A stretch of 64,000 nt of DNA from Cercozoa sp. M6MM (taxonomy: Eukaryota; Protista; Endomyxa: Ascetosporea), in the NCBI GenBank assembly GCA_040357565.1, contig JBDODJ010000002.1; one strand, written 5' to 3'. The notes under the pieces were generated by a model. The model searched no databases, was not told the origin of the DNA, and saw only the letters and a program-made list of their open reading frames with translations. Positions 1 to 12,271 of the stretch are shown in pieces (positions within the stretch are counted from its first letter, which is position 1; every line of letters begins with the position of its first letter). A program made the position numbers and the translations under genes.

Positions 1-631
1 CGCTACTGCCTGCCTGTACATGGACGTTTTTCGTCTGTACGCCGTTCGTCTGCATGCCTTTCGTCTGCGCGCCGCGACGATATTCGTTTGGAGTTTCTCT
101 CGCTTTCCTCGTTGCCCTCACAGTCGCGCTTTCGCGACGAGCGCTCGCGTGCGGAGCGCTTTTTGAAGAGCTGTTGCGACTTCGTGAGACAGATCGAGCC
201 GCTTTCGCTGCAGCGCTTTTTGCTTGCAATCGCACAGAGAGTTTTGATGCTGCTCGCGTGGATTTTCGGGTTTGCACCTGCAAGTTCTGCCTCGCGCGGA
301 GGGCTTTCGTCGCAACGCCTGCTCGGGTCGAAGCTCGCGCCGAAGCTTTCGTCGCAACTCTCGTCGAAGATTTCGTCGTAGATTTCGTCGAAGCTTTCGT
401 CGCAACTGTTGCTGTGGGTTTCTTTTTCTGCAGAGTTCGGCGTGGTCGCGCGCCTGCAGCAGTGCTAACTACGTTCGTGCCACTCGCCCTGCAATACACT
501 ATATACACAAAGCCAAGCAACAACAGGAAACAGCAAAGCTACCCCGCACGAGCTTTGTTGCGCGACGCCGCGGTTGACCGCTGCAGTCCGCCAGCACGAG
601 CCGTGCGCGGTGGCATGCTGCACATGGACAT
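1..631 (-). CDS. 5' part of a basic Lys/Arg/Ala/Thr/Ser-rich protein (continues beyond the window)
   Basis: ATG at 631 (MSMCSMPPRTARAGG), one GT-AG intron at ~543-490, then an open frame to the window edge with repeats such as VATKASTKSTTKSSTRVATKASARAS. Head-to-head with SF3A1. Confidence 0.5.
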
Positions 632-931
632 TTTGCACCAGCAAAAAGGAACATCTGGTCTTGCAACAAACACACCTTTTCGTTGTGATCGGGCCCTATT
701 AAGCTGCCCGCTTCCTACAAATCAGAATGAACACGATACTACGCACCTTCGTGCGCCAGAGGTGGGGTTGTATCACAAAACCTGTCGGTGAAATTGGCTC
801 GGAGCCGGAAGTTTGAGCCGATAGTGGATAGCTCATGTAAATCGGTATACCCGTCGCTCTCAGTGTGCTGGGCAGTGTGCTGGTGTAAAAGTACAACGGT
901 CAGAGTCTGTGGGGCCCCCGAAACATTGAAA

Positions 932-3900
932 ATGTCCGGGGTGGTAATTCAAGACGAGCCCGTGGACGCTGTGGGAACGGCGCAGCCGCAAGAGGAGCAT
1001 GAGGACATTGTTGATGAGGAGCTTCTGGTAGGCTGGACTGTCTGGCTCGTAGAATTTTGTTCACGAAAATAATTTCGATCCAGAAGAAGCTTTTGGTGAG
1101 TTGTTTATTCCGGGAGTGTTTTCCGCAGGCCTCTCTTCACGGCGATGTGATTGAACCGCCTGCCGCCGTCAAGCAGGTACCAATGGGCCCAATGGGTGTT
1201 GTTGTTTTGGTGTGGTCAGTGCAATGCCCGCTGTCACAGGTGATGGAGACGGCGCTCAAGTTCGTGCGCAAGCACGGTCTGCAGTTCGAGCACAAGGCCG
1301 CAAACAACCCGAAACTCGCCTTCATCAATGCGGTCAGTCACCAGCCACTGTTCATCTATCAAGAGGGGTCGCTCCTTATGAGTGGTGTTCACTGTGTCGT
1401 GTGTTTCATTAACGTGTTACATTCGCGCAGGGCCACGTGTATCACCCATACTATCGCCAGCAGCGTGACACGATGCTCATGAAGGAGGGCACTGACGACG
1501 AGAAACGCCAGGTGCAGGAGGAGCGACAGCGTCTGCGCGAGTACTCTTTTATCTGCTTTGTTGTTTGTTGCTGTTTTGTTTGTTGCTGTTTTGTTTGTTG
1601 CTGTTTTATTTGTTGCTGTTTTGTTTTGTTGCTGTTTTGTTCTTGGGACGTATGCATGTTTGTGTCTCAGGGAGAAGAAACGCAAGGAGGAGGAGAAACG
1701 CCGACTCGCTGCGGAGAAGAAACGCAAAGAGGCGGCGACGCTGCAGGCGCGTCTGTTGAAGCTCTGGCGCTCGCACCGCGATCTGCCGGTATTGCTATCT
1801 TTGTGCCCTTTGTCCTCTTTGTTACCTTTACCCCCATTACCTCATATTTACCTCCCTGTACTTCCCTCTACCTGCCCTTAACTTAATCAGGACGCTGACG
1901 AGGTGCTGCAGCAGCAGGGCACAGAAGGTGCCAAGGCGTCGTCGTGCGTGCCGTGCTGCGACGCCGCCGACGACCATCCCATGGACATTGGCGGTACCTG
2001 TCAGTCACGTCCTACATATCGTGTCCATTTGTACCCGATGTACGCGTTCTTAAGGCGGCGGTGGCGGTCCTGTGTTCCGATTCCACGCGCCTCTGCCGCG
2101 ACATGCTTCTCGCAGCGACGTCGACATCATCAAGCTTGCTGTACTGTCTCCCTCCTGATATCCGTTTACCCCCTTGGGCCCTTTAATATGTCCGCGACAC
2201 CTGTGACAGGCTTACTACTACGCCAAGTACGGTGAACGTTTCCTGATGGACTTGAAGCGCAAGGAGGAGCACAACTCGCAGTTTAACTTTTTGCGCGCAC
2301 TGCATCCATTGCACGGCTACTTCAGGTATAGTTCTCTCGTACATGTGGTGTGGTGTAAATGTGAATGCTTTCCATTTGTACCTACGTGTGTTGTCCGTTT
2401 GTACCTGTGTGTTGTCCATTTGTACCTACGCGTGTTGTCCATTTGTACAGATCACTGGTGGACTCGTACCGACGAGTGCTGCTGCGACGACCGGCGTCGC
2501 TCGTGCCGGGCGAGTCGAGCGTTTTTGTGTCGTGCAGCGAGGAAGCCATGGAGAACGCCATGGCCAAGCTAGGTATCTTGACCCCCCGTTTCTCCTCTGT
2601 TGCCACCCTGTTATATCCCACTCATAGCGCTGCAAGAAAGCGACAAGCGCAAGCGGCGTCTGCAACATCATGTACGTTTTCCACCCGCCCTTCACTCTGG
2701 TTCCATTGAATAACTTATGTTTGGGCAGTTGGACACACTGCGCATGTGCACTTTCGACACGATTCTGCAAGAGGTGCGACAAGGTGCCGTCAAGCGGCGT
2801 CTCGCCAAAGAGGCGCGCGCACGCGCCGATGCCGATGAGGGTGCGCCTTTTCTACCCTCTTTTGCCCCTTCCCTTTACCCCCATTTATGTATTACCGTAT
2901 GCTTGCTGCGATAGCCGAGGAACGCGCTGCTGTTGCCGAAATCGATTTCCTCGACTTTGTCGTTCTGTAACACTGTCTTGTTGTTTGTTGTTGTTGTTGT
3001 TGTTTTCTTGTTGTTTTTCTTGTTGGTTTCTTGTTGTTTTCTTGTTGTTTTTCTTGTTGATGTTGTTATTTTTTGCTGGGTGTGCCGTACAGTCGCCAGA
3101 TCGACGTAGACTTGATGCCGCCGCTGCGCGACCCCAACGTCGAAGTGCAGAAGGAAGGCGTTCTGCCGCGACCGGTACAAACGGACGCAATGTCCATATG
3201 GATGGATACCAGAAATGCACCCCTTAACTCTGAGTGTAGTTCGTGTCGGTGGCTGCCGTGGATCAGATGTTTGCCGCCGCTGCCGAAGCCGATCGTGGTG
3301 GGCTTTGCCCCCCTCCACCCCCGTTATCCCGTATATACCCCCCCCCCCACCCGTAGAGAAGGAAGAGGCTGAGAAGAAGATGCAGCGACAGCAGCAGCGC
3401 GACATGGAGATCGAGACGCCTGCTGCTGGTATCCCCTTACCCCTTACCCTTACCCCCCTTACCCTTAACCCCACTCCCATTTATTTTGCCCCGACTTGCC
3501 CCTGTGCCCCCGGACAGATATGCAAGTCGAGGAGGACGAAGGAGACGTGGAGATGGAGATGGAAGTCGAGAGCGATGAAGAGGTCGTTGTGGCCACTGCT
3601 GTGCCGCAGGAGGTCTTGCGCTCTCCTTACCCCTTCCCCCTTGCCCTTACCCACTTTGCCTCCCTTAACCCATCCCGTAGGACGAGGAACCGCAAGTGCA
3701 GCCGCTGATGACGATCGACCCGGTGACAAAGAAGCTCGTGCCGGTCTCGCAGATCAACGAGCACATGCGCGTGCAGCTCATCTCCGATCAGGTACGTCTT
3801 CGATCACTCAGTCAGTGGTCATACTGATCGGTTATGATCGATCACGGTTGGCACGTGCGCGCAGTGGAAGGAGCAGCGCGACAAGTACCTCGCGCGTACA

Positions 3901-5822
3901 CTGGACACCAACCTGGCCGACGACTCCTCCATCGCGCATGCCGTCGAACGCATGGGTACACACGCAGCCTTAACCGAAAACAGCGCAGCCTTAATTTAAT
4001 TGTTTGTTGTAGCCAAGAAGCGCGCGGCGATGAAGCCCGGCGGCGGCGCTCTGGCCGAAGAGCTGAACCGCGAGAAACGCTTGGCGCAACCGTGGGACGG
4101 TCACTCGGCCAGTATCAAGACGGTCACCACGTACGATCGATCAGTCTGCCCTGTCACGCTGTGTCTGTGTCTGTGTGTATGGACATGCTTGTTTGCAGAA
4201 TGGCCGCCAACAAGGCCTTCTTGGAGGCACAACGAGCGCGCAAGACTGGTGTGTTTTTGCCGCCCTTCACCCCAATTGCCCTTTACCCTTTACCATCCTT
4301 TACCCATTTTACCCCCCCTCCCTTACTGGTAGGTGTGGCACGTGTGCCGTTCACGCCGGCTGAAATGGAGCAGCACATTTTGCCGTAAGTCTTACCCCCC
4401 CCCCCCGCCTTCTTATTCTAACATCTTTACCCCCCCCCCCTGTAGTCCGAACGCACAGCGACAGGCCGCGCGCAGTGGCGATGGCTCACAGGTATGTGGT
4501 TTTGCCCCCTTTACCCCCCCCACCCTTTACGCTCTCTGTACAGGACCAAGATGACCGATCGCGCATTTTCGAGTTCGGTCGACAGCGCAAGCACGATCCG
4601 GCCAAGCAGGTGTTTACCTTCTCCCACACCTACCATTTACCCCCCTACACCACCCCTACCTTCTTATATTTACCCCTTTACACTTATACCTACCCTTTAC
4701 CCCTTACACCTACCCGTTTACCCCCTTACACCTACCCCTTTACTTCCATGTAGGCTGCGAAAACCATTGCGATGGCGACAGCAGCAGCCGCCGGTCTCAA
4801 GTATGTTTTGTGTGTGGAGACTTTGTGTTTCTTGTATTTGTTTGGTCCTCCGCGCGTAGGCCCGACGTCCGCGAGGAAGATGCCGTCGCTGTCGGCAAGG
4901 TCGGCGAGAGCGAGTCGACTGAGGCTGCAGCACCGGCTCAAGCTGCCGATGAGTTCGCTGCTGTAGCACTTGTTTTACCCCCCCCCTATACCCACTCCTA
5001 TATATCCACTCCTATATCCACTCTACCTCCTGTACCTGTACTCCTGCCTATCTGACTTAGGCCGGTCAACGACGACCGCTGCCGCCAGCCGAGACGTCGG
5101 AGCAGCCGCCGCTGAAGAAGGCGGCGCAATCGGCGCCTGTGCCTGTGCCTGTGCCAGCGCAGCCTGTGCCCGTGCCTGTGCCGGCGCAGCCTGTGCCTGT
5201 GCCGGTGCAGCAACTGCAACCTCCAGCGGCGCATGTGCCCGTGCCCGTCATGCCCACGCCTGCACAGCCACGTACACCTGTTCTACATGTTGCCTTCCTC
5301 TCACTACGTTACTATTGTGCCCTCCCACGTGTGTAGCCAAGGAGGAACCTAAGAAGGAGGAGGGCGGCCTCATGTCGCCGCAAGAATGGCTACAATTGTA
5401 CCCGGACGCAGTGACACTCCACGTGCTCGTTGTTGCCGGTACACCTGTCTCCGCTTCCTGCACTCTGATGCTTGTGCTCAATTTGCACGTTGCTGTGTTC
5501 AGACTCGTCACACGCGCAGTACAACTTCAACGGACAAACCGTGCCGATGGAGCGTATTTTGCCTTTTGATTTTTTTGTTGGCTGTCGACTTGGAAATCTG
5601 TCTTTGTTGTGTCTGCTGGAAACAGTAAAGTTGGGTGACACGGTGGGTTCGCTTAAGGCGCGTCTCGGCAAGGAGGTGCTGGGCGGCCTGCCGGGCAAGA
5701 AACAAAAGATGCGGCTTGTCACCACCGGCCAGTGGCTCAAGGACAAGCTGTCCTTCGCGCACTACAATGTGCCGCCCAACGCTGCGCTTGAAGTCGCCTT
5801 CAAGGGACGTGGCAAGAAGTGA
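932..5822 (+). CDS. SF3A1: Splicing factor 3A subunit 1 (Prp21), ~28 introns
   Basis: Spliced product has SURP1 (IEPPAAVKQVMETALKFVRKHGLQFE...YHPYY), SURP2 (DIIKLAAYYYAKYGERFL...QFNFLRALHPLHGYF), the Prp21 region (EIDFLDFVV; DPVTKKLVPVSQINEHMRVQLISDQWKEQR; WDGHSASI), a Pro-rich stretch and a C-terminal ubiquitin-like domain ending KGRGKK*. Confidence 0.95.
1556..1641 (+). repeat. Intronic ~15-bp tandem repeat (TTGTTGCTGTTTTGT)n in SF3A1
   Basis: About five direct copies inside intron 1541-1670. Confidence 0.85.
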
Positions 5823-6505
5823 GATCGGTGGCTGGGGGGCAGTTTTGTCTAGTTCTCGTTTGCGTTGTTGCCGTGCTTCCGATCGCGTCCGTCTCGAAGG
5901 ATCTATTATGTACACCACCTGCCAGTGCGCTTCACAGTTGTCAGTGTTACGATAGGAGTAGCTTTTTCAGTGCCTACATGTGTTTTTTGCTGACACTGCC
6001 CCTTTGGAGTCAATCCGTCACACTTGATCATGACTATATCCGGTCGCGATCCATCTACAGTATACTCGAGCCGACCAGTATTCCAGTCATTGGCAATGCG
6101 GACGATCAAATCTAGCCCAAGCGTACGGTACTTGCTTCGACACGCAGCCGCTAGCGGCTAGCATTTCTGTCTACGTACTTGACACGAAGCGATTGATTTT
6201 TGTAGTCGTCTTCAATGCTGTTATAGTACCTGTATTGTAGTTTGCTGCCCAGTCTCAGAACTGTTTGGTTCAGTGCGAGTAGGGACGGACGGACGATTTG
6301 TCGCATGGAACGGAAATAGATTGAGGGAGGAAGCCCGCCGGACATCCGCCAGACTAGCAAACATACGCTCACGCTAGCTATGTACGGTAGACTTTGTGTC
6401 GAGATCGATTGAACTAATTTCGACTGACTGGACTAGCAGAGCCAATCAAAAGCCGACGCGACGTGAGCCGAACAGATCCGTCCTGGCTTGAACGTCGGTG
6501 CAGAC

Positions 6506-7069
6506 TCACAATTCGACAGTCGACTTTCGCGCTGGCGTCTGAGCAGGCGCTGCTTTGACCGTGGTGGTCGTGGTACTGGGCGTTTTGCCAAGCTTCTCGC
6601 GACGCTCTTGCATTCGCTTCTCGCTGTAGAAGAGAGCGACAATGTAGCGGCCGCCCACCGAGACGCCGTGGAGCTTCCGGCGCGCCTCGTTCGCCTCGTG
6701 GATGTCATCGTACACGATAAAGGCCGTGCCACGGGCCGTCGGGTGATCCGGCCGGCCGCGTCGAATCTAAAGAAGACCCAAGATTCACGTGACATAAGAA
6801 GCACACAGAACGAGTGTGACTCACTTGTCTCAACGTGCCGTACTTGCCGAACAGGGAGTACATCTCCTCGTCCTGTCACGCGCAATCACCCAAGTAAACA
6901 CGCTACAACAGCAAATGAGCTGTAGAATACCGTCATCTGGAAAGGGAGGTTCTTGACAAAGAGGACGCGGTTGACCTCCTTCGGCAACAACTACGGAGAC
7001 AAGCATCAACCAAGAGACACACATTTTCCCCAGATACGAGATTCATTGTACCTTAATCTGCTCACTCAT
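6506..7069 (-). CDS. SF3B6: Splicing factor 3B subunit 6 (p14, branch-point RRM protein)
   Basis: Spliced: MSEQIK-LPKEVNRVLFVKNLPFQMT-DEEMYSLFGKYGTLRQ-IRRGRPDHPTARGTAFIVYDDIHEANEARRKLHGVSVGGRYIVALFY, the p14 signature. Confidence 0.93.
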
Positions 7070-7263
7070 TGAAATCAAACGGTTTCCTTAGTCCAAGCAC
7101 ACGTACAGGCCTAACAAGAACCACCGGGGAGGCGTTTTTATTGTCGGGGATTCGGTTTTATTTGGATATAATTCCGGCACTCTGCGGCGGACACGGATCT
7201 GAGGCAGCCGCACAGCGCCGCGTAATCGCCTGTGTGCTCTTGATTACGACTGGGCAGCAGAAC

Positions 7264-8569
7264 ATGGGTTTCGGTAGGACTCAGCCCCCAAGAACTCTTT
7301 TTGATTTTTTCGGTGCCCATGTGCGCCAGTGCTTGCCTGACATTTGTGTGGTGTGCGCGTTGTACTGTGGTCGATGTTACGCACGATTGGGATCCCTGTG
7401 GAACACAACCCAATCAATGTTTTCGATTTGTATTGTCTGGTGCGTGTCTGTATGTCTGTATGTTTCTTTGATGTCTGTCTGCAGGACGTGGACGTGGCGG
7501 CTTTGGTGGCCGCGGCGGTGGTCGTGGTGGCGGTCGTGGTCGTGGTACCGTTCTGCCCCACCCCATGCGGGGATCTTGTTGAGACTGGTGGGCTGCGTGC
7601 TGTGCAGGTGGCTTCCGTGGTGGTCGCGGAGGTGGCCGTGGCGGCTTCGGTGGTCGTGGTGGCTTCGGTGGTCGTGGCGGTGGCCGTGGCTACAACCGGT
7701 ACGACCAGGGCCCGCCTGAGCACGTCGTTGAGACTGGTATCAAGACGGGCGAGCACGCCGGCAAGACGTCGGAGATTGTATTGCTACCTTTCCTCTATTT
7801 GTACATATGGATTACTGCATACCTATATATATATGTATGTTTTTGTATATAATGTACCTGTGCAGGTGTGCAAGCTGGTGGGCGACAAGGTGCCGCACTT
7901 CAACGCGCCGATCTATCTCGAGAACAAGACGCAAGTCGGCACGGTTGAGGACGTGTTTGGCCGCTTTGCGACGCACGTGTACTTCACGATCAAGACGTCC
8001 GAGGGTGTCGAGGCCTCGTCGTACAAGGAGGGCGACAAGTTCTACATCGCCGAGTTCAAGCAGATCGAGCTGAGCCGTTTCGACCCGGTGCTCATCGCGA
8101 AGAAGGTAAAACGCCTCTGTGCTGGGTTTGAGTTTGAGACCTTTGCTTTGATTTGAAGCTTTGAGTTGAGTTTGAATTGTTTCGTTTTTGTGAATCGCGC
8201 AGGAAGCCGAAAAGAAGAAGTACCTTGCCGAGAAGAAGAAGCGCGATGGCGGTATGCCACATGATATTATATATATTGCTTTCTTGTCCTGCACTGTGTC
8301 AATTTGTGTGCTCAGGCAACTCGCGCGGCAGAGGTCGCGGCAGAGGCCGAGGACGTGGCGGTCGCGGCCGTGGACGTGGAGGTGGCCGTGGTGGCTTTGG
8401 CGGCCGTGGTGGCTTCGGTGGCCGTGGTGGCTTCGGTGGCCGCGGACGTGGCGGTGGCCGTGGCGGCTTCGGTGGCCGCGGACGTGGCGGCGGTCGTGGC
8501 GGTTTTGGCGGTCGTGGCCGAGGCCGTGGCGGCGGTGGTTACAACGGAGGCGGTTACAACCGTTACTAG
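7264..8569 (+). CDS. GAR1: H/ACA snoRNP protein Gar1
   Basis: N- and C-terminal RGG tracts flank the core GPPEHVVE...CKLVGDKVPHFNAPIYLENKTQVGTVEDVFG...YFTIK...GDKFYI...LSRF. Confidence 0.95.
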
Positions 8570-8846
8570 ACCGACCTCATCGGCACACGCGACGCACCGA
8601 CAGACCTGAGACCTGAGACCTGTCTAAGAAACGAAAACTGACAGCCGTCTAGTTCATTTCCTTTATAGTACTCGATATACGCCCGGATACCGTGCTTAAT
8701 GCGCGTACTAAGCCGTCCTGCTCTGCATACAGCGTTCTCTGGAGTGAGTCGGGCAAGCTTGAGCCGGATGAGCCGAAAACTCAAGTCGCGCGGTTTTGTG
8801 CTCTCTGGTTCGTGCATTGTGCTCTCCGCGTGCGCGAGCGGGTGCG

Positions 8847-10583
8847 ATGCATTTTGAAAAGCGCGTAAAGGGCACGCGCGATGCCTCGACTCGGGTGGTG
8901 ACGCCTCGTGTGTCTGGCCGCAGGTGCGATCAGTATCCGCATGTGACTCGCTGGTCAGTGGTTTCCCTTGATGTTGGTGTTGTTATCTCCTGTGCAGACA
9001 GTTGGTGCGTCCCATCAAGGCGGATGACCCAAGTGAAAAGGATCGCAAGGTCGAGATCAAGGTGAACTCGTCTTGGCAACAACTCAACGGCGGCTCGCCG
9101 TTCTCGTTCGGTTTCGCGAGCACTTCGAGCGCCCAGAAAAGCGACAGTCCAGCGCAAACTCTGGCTGACGAAGGTTTTTTGCTCTGTTTTAACTTTTTGG
9201 TGACAGTTTTTCCTGAAACCTATGTGTTTCGACTTAGCCGAGAAGAAGCGACAAGAAGCGATTCGTGCGCTGCTGCAGAGCGAAAAAGAGGCCGCCAGCA
9301 AGACGAGCAAGAAAAAGAAGAAGAAGAAGAAGAAGAACAAGAAAAAGAAACAAGCCGGTGATGCCACCGAAGTGAACGAAGTTGTTGCCGATTCGACTGA
9401 AGTTGCCGCCGACACGACTGAAACTTCCGCTGACGCAAGTGAAGCGCGAGTCCCTTCAGGCGAAGCTTCCTCCAATTCAAACGTAGAGAAGGTTGAGCCG
9501 AAGAAATTCGACTCTTCTGCAGTCGAAAAACTCGACGATTCCAAGTGGACGGTGGTCGAAAGACGCACTCGCAAGGTGCTATGACCTACCACCTCAGCTT
9601 TACCCTCCCCCCGTCTTTATCCCCTTGCCTCACAGAAGCGACAGCCGGCGAAAAAGCGACGACCGAGCGTGCGCACGCCTGTGCTGACTCCGCAGACGCC
9701 GACTCACACGCCCGAACCGATCGCGAAACCGCCGAAGAAGCAGTCGCCGGAGCCAAAACAGCAACCTAAACTGAACGAGGAGCCACAACAACAGGAGGCA
9801 AAGCAAGATAAGTCAAAGTCATCAGAGTCAGCGTCAGCAGAGCCGAAGCAAGCTGAGCCGGTTGAACCAAGCGAAGACAGCCAGAGCAAGGAGGCACAAA
9901 CTTCTGCTCAAGTCGAAAGCGAGAACATCGAAACGTCGCAGCCTGAAAACGACAGCGCCGAAGCGTCGGAGTCAGACTCAAAGCAAGTGCAGTGCGAGAC
10001 ACCTAAGCAGGGTCCTCTGTCCACTGTCGCATCTGTGTGCGAAAGCGTTGTCGAGTCCGTGTTCACGACGACGCCGCAGGACATGCGCTTCGTGTCCAAC
10101 GAGGTACATTGGGAGTTAGCTTTGGGGGTGACCGTGAACTGAAAGTTTGGGAGGGCAGTCGCACGACGATCCGGAGGCTTACGCGCGACGCAAGCGACGC
10201 TGGGGCGCGCCGCGTCGTTACGTGCCGCCGCACCGCGACATTTCTCAGAGCAACGTACATTCACATCTGTACCCCCTCCAAACGTTACTCCTTGTGACCT
10301 TAGGACACGACCACGCAACTCCTGAACATGCTCGAGCAGCAGAACAATCGCCTGGTAGCCGAGATGCAGGCGCAGCGAACTATGGTACTTGGTGTTCCTT
10401 GTACTTGCTTTGGTGTTACTAGTGTCCCTCTAGTTTACACGCGTCATGGACGAACACCGTCGTCAACATGCCGCTGAGATGGAGGCGCAGCGCAAGCAGC
10501 ATGCCGCCGAGATGGAGGCGCAGCGACAGCAGACGGCTCTGCTGCAGCAGATGCTCCGCCACCTGCTTCCGAAGCAACCGTGA
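8847..10583 (+). CDS. Hypothetical low-complexity protein (poly-Lys tract, acidic/Pro-Gln middle, C-terminal coiled coil)
   Basis: Continuous frame across GT-AG introns. Contains a KKKKKKKKKNKKKK tract and a duplicated 33-nt unit encoding HAAEMEAQRxQ; ends LLPKQP*. Confidence 0.6.
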
Positions 10584-10843
10584 TATCTACGTCCGGGTCT
10601 GGACATCGGTTCTAACTAAAGATTACCGTCGGCGCTCACGTCTGTTCACGGAAACACTAATTCGATTACCGAAACGTACGGTAAATGCGATAATTTTTTC
10701 AGGTTGAACGCGAACGAAATTCAGTTCAGCCGGCCCGCTGCGCTACCTGCCACTGTGCCTACCGACGATACCTCGACCATGAAGCGCACGGTGTGTCACG
10801 GTGATGTTTTGTGTTTAATAGCATCAACTTGGCTTGATTGGGT

Positions 10844-12033
10844 TTAGTCGGTTTTGTCTTTGGAGGGAGACGCGAACTCTGTCATCTCGACGCCATAATT
10901 CTCGGGCTCGTCTTCCTCCTCATCTTCCTTCTGTTCGTACAGTTGTTGCGCATCGAGCCGTCTCATGTTCTGTCCACACGTGCTTGTTGCAGTGCCTGCG
11001 TCGTCCTCATCATCGTCCGAGTCGAAGCTCTTTTCAGTGAAGGACTTTTGCTGACCGCGGATGTCGGCAGCGTCGCGCTCGAACAGCTCCTTTTGAGAAA
11101 TGCCACCCCAGGCTACAGACACATACTGGTGACTTCACCTCGGAAACTCGTATGCACGTCGTGTCAGTCTTACCTGCCCGAAGCGCAGGCGGAGCAAGCT
11201 GCAGCTGTTCCGACCCTTTGATCTAAAAGATAGAGCACGTGAAGCTGCAGGAATAGGTCAATGAGAAGAAAGAAACACACGCAGCAAACAAAGTCAGATT
11301 TCTGCACATAGTAGGCGGAAATTGCGAGCATTGCCACGAACAAAGCGTTGTTGATGGCTGTTTCCCCGCAGAGATCGCTCGGAATGACGCGATTCCGTTC
11401 ACCGGCCACTTTAACTTCGTACTTAAAGTAGTAGTACGTGTCTGCCAGGTATGAGAGTCACCAGTGACAAAGGCGTATTAAATGGGAAAAGCTACACATC
11501 CACCAGGCGCAAGAGAGCAGGCTCAACATTGTGCCGAGTCGGCCTGCTGCCAAACTGAGCGAGTTCGACCACAGCACCGCAACGATGGCCACCAGAGCCA
11601 ACATCTGCAGCAACGCTACCCCACACAAACATGTAGCAGCATCAGCTCCAACGCATGCATATTTGATCCACAAAGGGTACCTGCAACCAAGACACAGACA
11701 TACATGAGTGTTTTCATTCGCTGCTGCTGTGCCACTGCTGTGCTTTGACCAAGTTAGTTTTAATAATCAGCTAACGAAAGCAAGAAACACACACAGGAAA
11801 TGCGGAGCGAGGTTGTAGCTAATCTGCAGTTCCTCCAGTGCCATCCACCCATGCGCCACCGAGAGATACTGTTGAGCAGCACGTAACATAGCAACAATTC
11901 CCTTTATAGTGACCTGCAAAGCCAAGTCTACGTTTATAATGACGATAGGAACCACAAAATAACGCAGGTGCGCGAGGTTGCTCGCATCGAAACGCCCCGC
12001 GAAACGGAGAAAGCGACCCACAATCGTTGGCAT
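10844..12033 (-). CDS. Hypothetical multi-pass membrane protein with acidic C-terminal tail
   Basis: Several hydrophobic exons (FVVPIVIINVDLALQVTIKGIVAML; LALVAIVAVLWS; ALFVAMLAISAY) and a tail containing DSDDDEDD. Exact junctions uncertain. Confidence 0.5.
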
Positions 12034-12271
12034 CCTGCTCGATGGCCTGATCGCTTTATTTCAGGTTCTTCTTCCGCTCAGCCCTGCCTTTCACCGGTGC
12101 TAGCTCAGCGAACCCGGCAACAGCTCTAAATGAACGCTCCTAACAGCTTGATCGACTGATGCAAAAGGTACCAACGAACCACCTTGGCATGATTTAGATT
12201 ATCGTGCGATGTGTACACGTGAGCGTGTACATTAAAATTTGTTCTGCTTACATGCGCTAAGTTCAGTCAAC

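Noticed and set aside
54-791. 245-aa plus-strand ORF and other long antisense ORFs (e.g. 19366-19848, 57467-58093)
   Set aside because: Shadow frames of GC-rich, repetitive coding sequence on the opposite strand.
5906-6372. Two minus-strand ORFs between SF3A1 and SF3B6 as a read-through or frameshifted gene
   Set aside because: Different frames, no recognisable motif or splice pattern; probably 3' UTR sequence.
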